A stretch of 59,974 bases of DNA from Octopus sinensis. Lineage: Eukaryota. The position numbers and the translations under genes were made by a program. The first letter of the stretch is position 1. Every line of letters begins with the position of its first letter. The notes beneath the pieces were generated by a model. That model was not told where the DNA came from, searched no databases, and was given only the letters and a program-made list of their open reading frames with translations. Positions 25,101 through 37,239 of this stretch are shown piece after piece. The stretch is taken from positions 1-59,974 of the forward strand of contig NW_021832553.1 of NCBI RefSeq assembly GCF_006345805.1, given 5' to 3'.

Positions 25101-26016
25101 TATGTATGTATGTAAAGACCTCCTTCGGTCATGAATAACCATGGGATTGCACCCAGAAAGTTCCCCTCCCAGGCACAAGTCCAAACAAGGTTGTTGATGG
25201 AAGACCAGCAGTCGCCCATGCATACCAGCCTCTCCTCTCCATGCCTCCAATGTATCCAAGGGATATATATATATATGTATGTATGTATATAAAGACCTCC
25301 TTCGGTCCTGAATGACCATGGGATTGCACCCAGAAAGTTCCCCTCCCAGGCACAAGTCCAAACAAGGTTGTTCATGGAAGACCAGCAGTCGCCCATGCAT
25401 ACCAGCCTCTCCTCTCCATGCCTCCAATGTTATCCAAGGGATATATATATATATGTATGTATGGATGTAAAGACCTCCTTCGGTCCTGAATGACCATGGG
25501 ATTGCACCCAGAAAGTTCCCCTCCCAGGCACAAGTCCAAACAAGGTTGTTGATGGAAGACCAGCAGTCGCCCATGCATACCAGCCTCTCCTCTCCATGCC
25601 TCCAATGTTATCCAAGGGATATATATATATATATGTATGTATGTATGTAAAGACCTCCTTCGGTCCTGAATGACCATGGGATTGCACCCAGAATGTTCCC
25701 CTCCCAGGCACAAGTCCAAACAAGGTTGTTTATGGAAGACTAGCAGTCGCCCATGCATACCAGCCTCCCTTCTTCACGTCACTGATATTATCCAAAAGAA
25801 ACGCAAAGGGACCGATACAGCTTGGCACCAGAAACTTTGCCACTCATTTCTACAACTGAGTGAAATGAAGCAATGTGAAATAAAGTGTCTTGCTCAAGAA
25901 CACAATGCACAGCCTAGTCCGGGAATGGAACTCACTACTTCAAGATTGTAAGCCCAATGCCCAAACCACTGAGCCAATGCACCTTCATGGTACCATTTAT
26001 TATTTATTATTATTAC

Positions 26017-26048
<32 letters not shown>

Positions 26049-26052
26049 GTTA

Positions 26053-26088
<36 letters not shown>

Positions 26089-26105
26089 TATTGTCATTGT
26101 TATTG

Positions 26106-26158
<53 letters not shown>

Positions 26159-26786
26159 TATTATTATTATTATTATTATTATTGTTATTGTTATTATTAT
26201 TATTGTTATTGTTATTGTTATTATTATTATTATTGAGTGAGAGAGCAGTTCATGCCATCAAAGTGACACTGGGGTAAAATATACGAAGCCCAATATACCC
26301 ATCATGACTACCCGTCTGATAAAGGTACACCAGGCACATGCATCACAACCATATGTGCGCGACATGGTGATCTCAATCAAGATAAACAGCACATGACCTT
26401 GCAGGTGGGGCCCAGTTAGAATTTTCTTCAGGTTGAGTAGCCCATCCTGCTCAAACGGTCCCTGAATAAGGGTTGTTTAAGGATGTTGAAAGAACCACCC
26501 ATGTTTCCAGAGGTGAACTATTCAAACCCCAAAGAATCCCTCTCAACACATGGCTATGATGCTCCCCCACTACTTCTGCTCGTGATCAGAGATGCACATA
26601 TCGTCAGCCACTAAGGGACATGCTCAACTGGTTAAGGTCAAACAACTGACAAGCAAATCTGTGGTATTGAGCAGAATATTTGCTGTAGCCCATCTTTTAT
26701 ACCAAGACAAAACAATGTACATGATAACACTTCCAATCAGTTAAGATCAGAAGCCATGAGAGCCACTGCCTGGTACTGCATCAGGG

Positions 26787-26830
<44 letters not shown>

Positions 26831-28268
26831 CATAGGGTACCACTAACTCCTTTAGTACCTCTTATTACATGATATCACTGACAATATGGTACATCTTATT
26901 AAACAGTTCCGTTTATTACATTGCAGTAAATCTCTCGATTGACGGTCTAACCCTGGGGGGATGGATTCTTTATGAACATTACCACATCTCCAGGGGTAAC
27001 GCTCGTGGCAGATCTTCCAGGCTGCTCATTATTTTCCTTGGAGATTCTTCTGCTTTTGAAGCACCTGTACCACTCAAGACATGGTGCCCATCCATGCCTC
27101 ATCACTGTAAGATTGCCAAAGAATGCTTAATATTTTCGTTGTAGACTTCCCAAGTTTAACACAAAATTTCATGTTGGCTCTTTGTTCCAACTTCCTGTCC
27201 ATGACAAAAATCGCAGACTACAACATAGATGTGATCACAAAAACACAAATTTCAAAACTTGCGAAGTAAACGCAGCAATGTCACTCGGCACACTGCCCCA
27301 TGAAGGTCACTGCTAGCTCTCACTGCACACGCAACCATGTGCTGCCATCTGTTGGTGTGCTGCAAAACTTGTCCAGGAACACACACAAACACACACACAC
27401 ACACTCACATACACACACACACACATTTACACCTTTGTATGCTTTGTTACAGGTCATTGATATTTGGTGTAACCATTTGCAAAGTTTGGTCAACCAGAAG
27501 ATGAAGACCAGCACTCCGGACATAGCGTTGCCAATAAAAGAAGAAGAATATGAAGCATTAAGTAAATACCAAGAAGTTTATTCATTCACATTATTAACAA
27601 TCAACCCTATTGCTTAGGGAACTTGTAACCCATGGCTTAGCTTTTCATATATCAGGTGACACACACACACCACACACACACACACACACTGCATGTACAT
27701 GTACATGCCCAAACATACAGATGTACTCACATATACACACTGACACATACACACATACATTTGTATATGTATATATATATATAATATATATATATATTAT
27801 ATATATATTATATATATACACAACATATATATGTATGTGTGTATGTGTGTATTATGTATGTATGTATGTATGCACACATATACATACGAGTGAGTTATGT
27901 GAATTATTTATTATTTAAAACAATTAATTTGTATATGTATATATATATATATTATTTATTATTATTATTAGTATTATTATTATTTATTATATTATTATTA
28001 TTATTATCATTATTATTATTATTTATTATTTATTATTATTATTATTTATTATTATTTTATTATTATTTATTATTATTTATTATTATTATTATTTATTATT
28101 ATTTATTATTATTTTTATTATATTATTATTTATTATTATTATTTATTATTATTATTTTTATATTATTTATTATTATTATTATTATTATTATTTATTATAT
28201 ATTATTTAAAACAAAAAAACAATTTAATTTGTATATATATATATATATATATTATTTATTATTATTAT

Positions 28269-28301
<33 letters not shown>

Positions 28302-28399
28302 TTTATTATTATTATTTATTATTATTATTATTTATTATATTATTATTTATTATTATTTATTATTATTATTTATTATTATTATTATTTATTATTATTTTT

Positions 28400-28437
<38 letters not shown>

Positions 28438-28474
28438 TATTATTATTATATTATTATTATCTTATTATTTATTA

Positions 28475-28513
<39 letters not shown>

Positions 28514-28690
28514 TATTTATTATTTAAAACAATTTAATTTGTATATGTATATATATATAATATATATATACACACACATATATATATGTATGTATGCATG
28601 TGTGTATGTGTGTATTATGTATGTATGTATACACACATATACATACGAGTGAGTTATGTGAATTATTTATTATTAATTATATTATTATTA

Positions 28691-28724
<34 letters not shown>

Positions 28725-29042
28725 TATTATATATTATATATTTTTATTATTTATTATTATTATTATTATTATTTATTATTATTATTATTTTATTATATAT
28801 TATTTATTATCTAAAACAATTTAATTTGTATATGTATATATATACACACAGACATATATATATGTATGTATGTATGTATGTGTGTATGTAGTGTATGTAT
28901 GTATATTTGTATGTATGTATGCACACATATACATACGAGTGAGTTATGTGAATTATTTATTATTTAAAACAATTTAATTTGGTTCCATGGCACTTAAAGT
29001 TTCACAGGCTTCAAATAGAAGTCCGTTTCCTTTAGGCTTTAG

Positions 29043-29077
<35 letters not shown>

Positions 29078-29280
29078 CACACACACACACTTTCACACAC
29101 CCGCTAACACAAATACATGCATATATACATGCAACTACACCAGAATACATAACATCCACAGACATAAATACGTCTGCTACAATACCACACCTGCAAGCAC
29201 ATATATATATATATACACATATATGCATGTGTGTATATATATATATATACATATATGTGTTATATATATATATATATATC

Positions 29281-29315
<35 letters not shown>

Positions 29316-31709
29316 CACATGTGTATACATGTATACATGTACATATACATCTATGGATGTACATATTCACATATATATGTATGTATGTATATTTGTATGT
29401 ATGTATGCATGTGTGTATGTAGTGTATGTATGTATATATACATAAAGAAAGAGATAGACAGATGGAGCCACATGTTTTATCTAGTGTCATTTCCATTGAT
29501 GGAAGCATTCCTGGAACTCCTCTTTGGGGCTAGTGAGAAGTTACCTTGTCACATTGGTCAATCTGTTTGTCTAAAAACCCTTCAATGTTGAGCCCCAACA
29601 TAGCCGTAGTCTAATGACAGAAACAAGTAAAAGAATACAGGAATAATGGAATAAAAGAATAAAATAATAAAGGAATAACAGATTAAACGAATAGTGGAAT
29701 AAAGGAATAAAGGAATAAACAAAGTCTTGACGGTGGAAAATTCTAAAACCTTCTCTGTAGCATAGGATAGATGTGGCATGGGCAAACCTTTAGAAAAAGT
29801 TTTATGGTTTACTAAACTCTCATGAAATTTAAAGAAAGGATCAGGCTATGGTGTCATTAAAACCCAGTCAGTCCCTCTGTGAAGTGGCTGGCATGAGGAA
29901 GGGCTGTAGAAACTCTGCCAAAACGGACAATGGAACCTTGTACAAGTCCCAGCATTGCCACTCCTGAGCAAACCATCCAACCCATGCCAGCATCGAAAAT
30001 AGTCTTTAAATAAAAATCATGATGATGATGATGATGATATGACACCTGCTGCTTTCTTTTCATTCCTCTGATCTCTACCCTGCTCAGTTTTGAGGTGGTC
30101 TTGTCTTGGGGGGGGGTACTTAGTAACCTTACCAGTGCTGGTGCTATGTAAAAAAGCACCCTCCCCCCCCATGCTAGTTCACTCTATTAAGTGGTTGGCA
30201 TTAGGAAGGGTGTCAAGCTTTAGAAACCACGCTGGAGCAGGTCCAGGACCTGGCAGAGCCATTGGGCTCGACTGTGTTCTTGTCAAACTGTTCAACCCAT
30301 GGCAGCATGGGAAAAGGGACACTAAATGACGATTTTGATGGTGATGATGATGATGATGACGATGATGGTGATGATGATGATGAATAGAAAAATAAACAAC
30401 AGGTGCAGGAGTGACTGTGTGGTAAGTAGATTGCTTCTACTATTGCCTCAGGCCGACCGAAGCCTTGTGAGTGGATTTGGTAGATGGAAACTGAAAGAAG
30501 CCCGTCATATGTGTGTGTGTGTGTGTATACATGCGTGTGTTTGTGTGTCTGCGTTTGTCCCCCCCCCCCCAAACATCGCTTGACAACCGATGCTGGCGTG
30601 TTTACATCCCCGTAACATAGCGGTTCGGCAAAAGAGACCGATAAGATAAGTTAATAGTCTTACAAAGAATAATTTCTGGGGGTCGATTTGCTCGACTAAC
30701 AGCGGTGCTCCAGCATGGCCACAGTCACTGAAACAAATGAAAGAATGAAAGGACTTGCACAGCGTGACGAGTGACTGTAGTTTATTGAAAAGGAATGATT
30801 TTGATTTTTTGAATTTTCCAGTTTCAGCTAATGAGCTGTGGCCATGCTGGGGCACCGCCATTTTTTTTTTCTTTTTTAAACTAGATGAAGCTGACTCAGC
30901 AGAGGCCACAATGTACTTTGAAAGCATTGGAGGTTGGTGGGAGAGCACAGGCGAGGGCCAGTCCTATTACAGTGGGAAACTGGCCTATTGCAAATCGATG
31001 CATCTGTTTGTCCTCTCAAAGTTGAGGGAAGTAAGTAACAGCCAGATTTTTTTTAAATGAAAATTAACTTTTCATTCTTCCAACCTACAAAGCTTTGTGG
31101 CGAGGGGGGAGGGGCACTGGACTCCCTTGTTCGAAAATCAGCCAGGACCCCTGGACTGGCGGTACGTAAAAAGCACTATCCGACTCGTGGCCGATGCCAG
31201 CGCCGCCTTACTGGCTTCCGTGTTGGTGGCACGTAAAAAGCACCATCCGACTCGTGGCCGATGCCAGCGCCGCCTCGACTGGCTTCCGTGTTGGTGGCAC
31301 GTAAAAAGCACCATCCGACTCGTGGCCGATGCCAGCGCCGCCTCGACTGGCTTCCGTGCCGGTGGCACATAAAATACACCAATCCGACCATGGCCGTTGC
31401 CAGCCTCGCCTGGCACCTGTGCAGGTGGCACCTAAAAAGCACCCACTACACTCACGGAGTGGTTGGTGTTAGGAAGGGCATCCAGCTGTAGAAACATTGC
31501 CAGATAAGACTGGAGCCTGGTGCAGCCTTCTGGCTTCCCAGATCCCCGGTCGAACCGTCCAACCCATGGTAGCATGGAGAACGGACGTTAAACGATGATG
31601 ATGATGATGATGATGACAGATATTGTGTTGTATAGCCAGCTGGAGACGATGCTGCTTGGGGCTAAACAACAGTAACATTCGTCCTGACCGGGACTGCATG
31701 TATGTATGT

Positions 31710-31779
<70 letters not shown>

Positions 31780-32412
31780 ATACGAATGGATAAGGTGTGT
31801 GTATATATGTATGTATGTATGTATGTAAAAAGGTAAAGGGTAAAGGCCCCTTTCAGTTATCAATGACCATAGTATTGCACCTAGAAAGTCTCCCCTCTAA
31901 GGCACAAGTCCAGGCAAGGTTGTTTGTGAAAGACCAATAATCGCCCATGCTTATGAACCTCCCCTCTCCATGCCACTGATGCTATCCAAGGGAAAGGCAA
32001 AGGGGCCGATACAGCTTGGCACCAGTGACATCACAATCATTTCTACACCCGAGTAAACTGGAGCAACGTGAAATAAATGTATGTATGTATGTATTTATGT
32101 ATGTATGTATGTATGTATGTATGTATGTATGTATGTATGTATGTATGTATGTATGTATGTATGCATGCATGCATGCATGCATGTATATATGTATGTGTGT
32201 ATGTATGTATGTATGTATATCTATGTATATATATACTCAATTTTATTTGCTAATTTTGAAATTTTTATTGAAAATTTTCTGAAAAATCATTCCAGGCCTA
32301 TGCCAGTGCTAAGAAAACAGCGATGTTCCTGAAATCTATCCCAGACTGTGAAGCTCTGCTGGTTCGAGCCGAAGATTTGGTAGAATCCTGCGAAAAAAAG
32401 GTTTATTTCTAA
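10156..32412 (+). CDS. ZMYND12: Zinc finger MYND domain-containing protein 12 (axonemal inner-dynein-arm-associated p38 homologue), 8 coding exons, ~377 aa if the exon-1 frameshift is corrected
   Basis: Spliced translation recognisably matches ZMYND12 from memory: YPLANPKG..CDVC..CKGC..YC..HQ..DW..IH..LC (MYND finger), [44 protein letters not shown] and EA..AEA. All 7 introns are GT-AG with compatible phases (2,0,1,0,0,1,0). Confidence 0.92.
11107..11483 (-). mobile_element. tRNA-derived SINE (family B)
   Basis: - strand head tggaggcgcaatggcccagtggttagggc...ggtttcgattccc has A/B-box-like motifs. Related copies at 13417-13722 (-), 39445-39640 (+) and 48554-48870 (+). Confidence 0.8.
11702..12076. 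mobile_element. MITE with ~78-bp TIRs and TA flanks (Tc1/mariner-like)
   Basis: TA|cttgccatctcaatatggctaacc... pairs with ...ggttagccatattgagatggcaag|TA. Confidence 0.85.
12083..12452 (-). mobile_element. tRNA-derived SINE (family A)
   Basis: Reverse complement of the 16393-16795 element; internal (TA)/(CA) microsatellite. Confidence 0.85.
12512..12653 (+). CDS. ZMYND12: ZMYND12 coding exon 2 ([17 protein letters not shown]...IFNTK)
   Basis: tttgtttcAG acceptor and AAA|GTAAAA donor; 142 bp; completes the MYND finger. Confidence 0.9.
13829..14244. mobile_element. GGATCTTTT-terminated MITE, 8-bp TSD (Merlin-like)
   Basis: TIR ggatctttttggtttgaacggcag/ctgccgttcaaaccaaaaagatct; flanks tcaaaaag and gcaaaaag. 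Confidence 0.8.
14776..14995. mobile_element. piggyBac-like MITE
   Basis: TTAA|CCCTTTAG...TAAAGGG|TTAA. Confidence 0.8.
15012..15440. repeat. Cryptic (CAC)n array, reverse complement of the 5688-6830 array type
   Basis: caccactaccaccatgacc motifs; ends 40 nt before the exon-3 acceptor. Confidence 0.95.
15481..15652 (+). CDS. ZMYND12: ZMYND12 coding exon 3 ([18 protein letters not shown]...[12 protein letters not shown])
   Basis: ttgttgacAG acceptor and G|GTAAGG donor; 172 bp. Confidence 0.93.
16393..16795 (+). mobile_element. tRNA-derived SINE (family A), full length
   Basis: Head aggcgcaggagtggctgtgtggtaag...gggttcagtccc, tail gactgaaacaagtaaaagagtaaaga. Further copies at 15725-16070 (-), 30400-30750 (+) and 45190-45548 (-). 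Confidence 0.87.
17965..18377 (-). mobile_element. tRNA-derived SINE (family A), full length
   Basis: Near-identical reverse complement of 16393-16795. Confidence 0.87.
18763..18851 (-). ncRNA. Type-I hammerhead ribozyme with intact core and branched stem II
   Basis: - strand: TTTAG-CTGATGA-ATACGAG...TTCGTAT-GAAA-CAATTG-TA-CTGAA. Stem I TTTAG/CTGAA, stem II ATACGAG/TTCGTAT, palindromic stem III ACAATTGT. Confidence 0.75.
19670..19839 (+). CDS. ZMYND12: ZMYND12 coding exon 4 ([12 protein letters not shown]...ALDELAED)
   Basis: (TTG)n-acAG acceptor and GAT|GTGAGT donor; 170 bp. Confidence 0.92.
20610..20998. repeat. ~140-bp inverted repeat enclosing a hammerhead-like spacer (Penelope-like)
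   Basis: Arms 20610-20750 and 20860-20998; the spacer is duplicated at 21418-21522. Confidence 0.8.
21794..21916 (+). CDS. ZMYND12: ZMYND12 coding exon 5 ([26 protein letters not shown]...SLYKK)
   Basis: tttttccAG acceptor and AAG|GTAAAG donor; 123 bp; contains the conserved TSGGYF motif. Confidence 0.94.
22408..25780. repeat. Tandem satellite: 19 units of ~178 bp, each a SINE 3' portion plus (TA)n(TGTA)n
   Basis: Unit gtaaagacctccttcggtc...tgttatccaaggga starts at about 22432, 22611, 22789 ... 25647. Confidence 0.97.
25647..25990 (-). mobile_element. tRNA-derived SINE whose tail is the satellite monomer
   Basis: The last array unit continues into a - strand tRNA-like head (tgaaggtgcattggctcagtggtt...gagttccattccc). 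A dispersed relative lies at 31835-32080. Confidence 0.75.
26236..26790. mobile_element. Interspersed repeat embedded in (ATT)n tracts
   Basis: Flanked on both sides by (ATT)n. A partial inverted copy at 41833-42181 also ends in (AAT)n. Confidence 0.7.
27453..27561 (+). CDS. ZMYND12: ZMYND12 coding exon 6 ([15 protein letters not shown]...EEYEAL)
   Basis: tttgttacAG acceptor and A|GTAAAT donor; 109 bp; phase 1 matches the next exon. Confidence 0.88.
27770..28978. repeat. AT-rich (ATT)n/(TA)n region with a thrice-repeated anchor (catacgagtgagttatgtgaattatttatt)
   Basis: Anchor at about 27883, 28643 and 28933, separated by variable microsatellite. Confidence 0.85.
30885..31030 (+). CDS. ZMYND12: ZMYND12 coding exon 7 ([15 protein letters not shown]...LSKLRE)
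   Basis: Poly-T tract plus ctAG acceptor and GAA|GTAAGT donor; 146 bp. Confidence 0.88.
31140..31615 (+). mobile_element. LINE-tail/SINE-like repeat with 3-4 internal ~69-bp tandem units and a (GAT)n tail
   Basis: cgtaaaaagcaccatccgactcgtggccgatgccagcgccgcc is repeated. Relatives at 33385-33580 (-), 50945-51210 (+) and 57340-57615 (+). Confidence 0.75.
32296..32412 (+). CDS. ZMYND12: ZMYND12 last coding exon ([13 protein letters not shown]...CEKKVYF*)
   Basis: ttccAG acceptor, phase 0, TAA at 32410-32412, AATAAA 30 nt later. Confidence 0.82.
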   Translation, partial: AYASAKKTAMFLKSIPDCEALLVRAEDLVESCEKKVYF

Positions 32413-32441
32413 CCTGGTAATGTCTAACGAAATACGAAAAT

Positions 32442-32447
32442 AATAAA
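32442..32447 (+). terminator. Candidate polyadenylation signal of ZMYND12
   Basis: AATAAA just downstream of the stop codon. Confidence 0.55.
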
Positions 32448-32487
32448 TATATTTCCAAACACAAACATCCAGACAACACTATATATA

Positions 32488-32530
<43 letters not shown>

Positions 32531-33581
32531 ATTATATATATATATTATATATATATATATATATACACATATATATATATATTTATGTATACACACACAC
32601 ACATACACAGAGGAGTGTATATTTAATGTATATTATGTACGATATGTTATAAAAGTATGTTTCGTATAATTGATACTTAATTATGATGTAACATTGAAAA
32701 ATATAATTATTGTCTATAATATGTAAGCATCATTATCATGATTGCAAACATTATGCTTTTAGAGGCTAAACCTGGATCCTCAACACCACACACTATCCAA
32801 AAAATAGCTCTGCTAGGAACAGCCACATCCTATGCAAGACACCATCAACTCAATAATGCAACCTAAACAAATCAATTCACGAAGACTAGACACTCTGTAC
32901 AGCAAATATCCAATGAAATAAACTACCACCAGCAGTCCGGATACCCAACACATTATATGCATAACACACAATACAAACACTAATACAGCAAAAGTCAGCA
33001 CTACACCTCAAAAAGAAAAGAAAAACTGATGCAATAGAATACCGGGAAGAGTTTGCACAATCCCTACAGCAGAAGAGGAACAGACAATGCTGCAGAAACC
33101 TGAGAAACATGGAGGTGCAGTAAAAATTGGCCTGAAACTACCACATGTTGAACAAGAACAACGATAGCAATAATCTTTTCTACTATAAAATCAAGGCTTG
33201 AAATTTTGGGAAAAGTCGATTACATCGACCCCAATTCGTAACTGGTACTTATTTCATCGACCCCTGAAACGCAAAGTCGAACTCGGCAGAATATGAACTA
33301 AGAACGTAAAGATGGACGAAATACTGCTAAGCATTTTGCCCGGAGTGCTAACGATTCTGCCTTAATAATAATCATCATCATCATCATCGTTTAGCATCCG
33401 TTTTCCATGCTAGCATGGGTTGGACGGTTCAACTGGGGTCTGTGAAGCCGGAAGGCTTCATCAGGCCTAGTCAGATCTGGCAGTGTTTCTACGGCTGGAT
33501 GCCCTTCCTAACGCCAACCACTCCGTGAGTGTAGTGGGTGCTTTTTACGTGCCACCCGCACAGGTGCCAGACAGAGCTGGC

Positions 33582-33632
<51 letters not shown>

Positions 33633-33852
33633 CAACAATAACGATAATCCTTTCTTCTATAGGCACAAGGCCTGAAATTTGAGGGAGAGTGGATAGTGGA
33701 TTACATCGACCCCCAGTAATGCACTGGCTCTTATTTTATTGACCCCCAAAAGAATGAAAGGCAAAGTTGACCTCCACTGAATTTGAGCCAGAATGTAAAG
33801 TCGGATGAAATGCCGTTAAGCGGTAACGATTCAGCCAACTCGCCGCCTTAAT

Positions 33853-33888
<36 letters not shown>

Positions 33889-34111
33889 TTCTACTATAGG
33901 CACAAGGCCTGAAATTTGAGGGAGGGGGATAGTCGATTATATTGACTCCCCAGTACACAATTAGTACTTAATTTATTGACACCCGAAAGGATAAAATACA
34001 TCCTACATAAAACACTAAGAGCATCACAACAAACCATGGCACATACCCCTAGGCACACAGAGCTGCGCTCGGTAGAGCAGTGAAACCACATGATAAGATT
34101 AAGACTAATGA

Positions 34112-34241
<130 letters not shown>

Positions 34242-34530
34242 TAATAATAGTAGTAGTAGTAGTAGTGTTTTTTTTTTGGCTGCAAACGCCAAACACAAAA
34301 CAAATACAGACATTACAACAGAAGGGATAAGTGGGGTTTGGTGCCATATTGTGTATAAAATAAATAACAATAACAATTAATAAAGTCAATCAATAAAAAT
34401 TCTCGAAAAGCGGGAAGTCCCTTTCAAGGATAGCCGAGGAACGCCTCACATCCTGACTATCCTGACCAGCAAGGGCATTTCAGCAGGTGACCAGTAATAA
34501 TTGGAGCATTGGGTATGATAAAAACGTATA

Positions 34531-35043
34531 CTGTAAATCCTCGAGGATAATCCGCATTTTTTCCCCAAAATTTAATGGTCAAAATCCCTAGTGCGTACTA
34601 TATACGAGGTTAAAAGTGATAAATATTTTCTAAGCAATGTCCGAGTGTTTATTTGCTGTCCGGCAATGTTTATTCAGATGCATTTTGTGATGTCAGGCGC
34701 GAAAATATCTTAAGCTAAGCCTGAAAGCAATGAAGAATTATCTATAACTTGCAGTAAGCAACATTTATTAAAATAAAAGTATTCAGAACACAGAATAACA
34801 TATAACAAAAACAATTTGCAAACATATTTACATTCCCATATAATAGTTAAGAACATCACCATTATTCTATTACGCATGTGTGGAAGTGTTTGTTCAACTA
34901 GGTGCTTCTGGCTTAATTACACACAACTCAAGTTAGAGAAGGGGTGCGCATTATACACAAGGATTAGGTTTTTCAGAGGTACAACTCCCTAAAAATCCCC
35001 TGCATATTATACTCAAGGGCAGACTATACTCGGAGATTTATGG
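34531..35043. mobile_element. Tc1/mariner-pogo-like MITE (degenerate TIRs)
   Basis: TA|ctgtaaatcctcgaggataatccgc ... gcagactatactcggagatttatgg. Confidence 0.65.
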
Positions 35044-35414
35044 TCAACAAAAATTTAGGAACCATTTGTTTATAAAACAAACTGATGCAGTACGGGACAT
35101 GGGAAAGTATTTGCACTCCACCACCAACAAAAAAATAATAGAAAAACAACACAACAACCCATGCTGCTGCACACGCTTCAGCAACGCAGACGTGCAGCAG
35201 GTGATGCAGTAAAAATTTGTCTGAAACAAATCAAATGTCGAATGATGATGATGGTGATGATGATGACGATGTATTCATTGGTAGGCCATTAAAATAAACA
35301 CACCAGATTGTTTATTTACAAAGTCATGTGACAGAAAAAGGGAAGACAGAGGAAAACGGGAAAAAAGGAAAAAGAAAAAAAACAGAGAAAACAATGGGGA
35401 AAGGACTGAAAATT

Positions 35415-35965
35415 CACAGCAACAATGCTCTTCTCAGTACGTGTGACATATCACTTAAGACAATTTTTTGCACTTCCAGCATGGATGGTAAGCCAGGGAT
35501 CATCCTCATATAATTTTCAGTTCCTTTTTTGATCATTCCAAGTGCCCCTACAATTATTGGTATTGTAACCGTCTTGAGATGCCACATTTTTTCCAATTTC
35601 AATCAGTAAATCTTTATATTTTCTGAGCTTATCAAATTCTTATGCCGAGATATTATCATCACAGGGTATGCTCATGTCAATAAAAAAACCCAGACTTTAT
35701 GGTTTTGGTCTTTCACAACAATATCTAGTTTATTAGTTTTCATGGCCCTGTCTGTACATACTGGAAAGTCTCAAAGAATCGTTAGATTTTCTCCCTCCAT
35801 ACAGCCTCAGGCTGGTGCTTGTACCATTTGTCAGTAGTTTTGATTTTTATAATGCCGACATATTATCCAGTGTAGATATTGGCCAGCTCTGTCATGTCTT
35901 GATTTGTACTCTACACGTGCTAAGACCTTACACCCAAGGATTAAGTGGTCCACTGTTTCGAGATA
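35415..35965 (-). mobile_element. 3' fragment of a restriction-like-endonuclease LINE (R4/Dong-like)
   Basis: ETVDHLILGC...RHD (CCHC knuckle region), KLDIVV...IDMSIP, KYKDL and IIVGALGMI...VQKIVL...HVLRRAL. Confidence 0.8.
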
Positions 35966-36348
35966 AACTATAAAAGTACAGAAGTGCCGTCAGACGATCA
36001 TGTCCAAGAAGCGTGCAGGACTATGAGATGGTCCTGCATGCACTCGTCCAGTGCCCGGACATTGCTGACCAGTAGCTTTATGTCGAACATCTGAATCCAT
36101 CTTGAAAATCGCCTCGCCACTTGGTTGGTGATGTGCAAACATGCGCAATTCCAATCAAATTCATTCATGCAAATTCATCCACGACAACCTCCACCTCATG
36201 CGATACATCATAGACAGGATAGGTAAAGGAGCTGGCATGAGTGGGGGCCCCAATCAATTTGGATCAAGCTGAATCGCTGCAATGTATAGTGACACATACT
36301 TCATAATTCCGGTGAATGGCTACCAATCGGAAATAGTTAGTATCATAC

Positions 36349-37185
36349 TGTTATGAATGGGTCAATTTAAGGACAGTGGTTGCGACCTACTTTTGGAATA
36401 AATCCATTGTCCTGTCAGATTCAGGTGGATTGATTAGTTCTGGGGAGACCTGCGACCCTTTTCAGGTGAAAGAAAGTTCGTTGGAAACGCCCCTTAAAAA
36501 GCAGGAACTGTGAGTCTGTTAGACAGTCGGCCGGCAACTCTAGGAGAGACGGGACAGCTGAGGACAGAGCAAGTTAGTAGTAGGTTGTTTCTGCTGTGAT
36601 GGTAGACTGGAAAGAGGAAGACAGGCAGATAGTATTACGGAGCTAGAAAAGAGAGGGACTACGGTGTAAGGCATTGGCTGTTGTACGGTATGTGTTTACT
36701 TTGTTCAGATATGTGAAAAAAAGAAGCAAAAAGAAATGTAAAAGAATTGATGTGTTACAAAGAACAGTGCTAAAGAGATTATAAAGAACATTGTGAATTG
36801 TGTTGATACGTGTTGAAAAAGGAAAGAGAAGGACTTTAATGTGATTTGAACATTGGACTGTATCGTGAACATTAATTGATCTGAAATGTATCGAACTGTA
36901 TCTGCATGTTTAAATGCTTTGATTTGTTGTTTTCATTGTTGTATACCTGATGTATCTTTGATTTATTTGATGTTGTAATAATTGTATAAACTGTTGTTAA
37001 ATGTAAGCCAAATTGCCTTCCGCCGTCTCTCTCTGTGTCTCTTCCTCCTGTTGTTGGTATCTCCGGTTGCCGGTTGCCGGTTGCCGTGTTTGCTGCCACT
37101 TTTCCCCCACCAAAATCTCTCTCTCTCTGAGTTCCGTGTTTGGTTTATATATTATGTCCTAAGTATTTTGGGGTCCCTTATAACA
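36349..37185. mobile_element. Probable solo LTR
   Basis: TGTTAT...ATAACA termini; 5-bp flanks catac and tatac. Confidence 0.65.
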
Positions 37186-37239
37186 TATACTACTTTTTCC
37201 ATGCTTTTAATTAAAATAGGCTTGAAATTTCGTGGGACC

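Noticed and set aside
22408-25780. CRISPR-like repeat/spacer look and the 639-aa ORF (23123-25042)
   Set aside because: Repeats are ~150 bp, the 'spacers' are only TA/TGTA microsatellite, there are no cas genes and the context is a eukaryotic intron. The ORF cycles through frames of the repeat.
35100-35225. Possible - strand exon after tttgtttcAG, with a small tgctgcac/gtgcagca hairpin
   Set aside because: No convincing donor, partner exon or recognisable translation.
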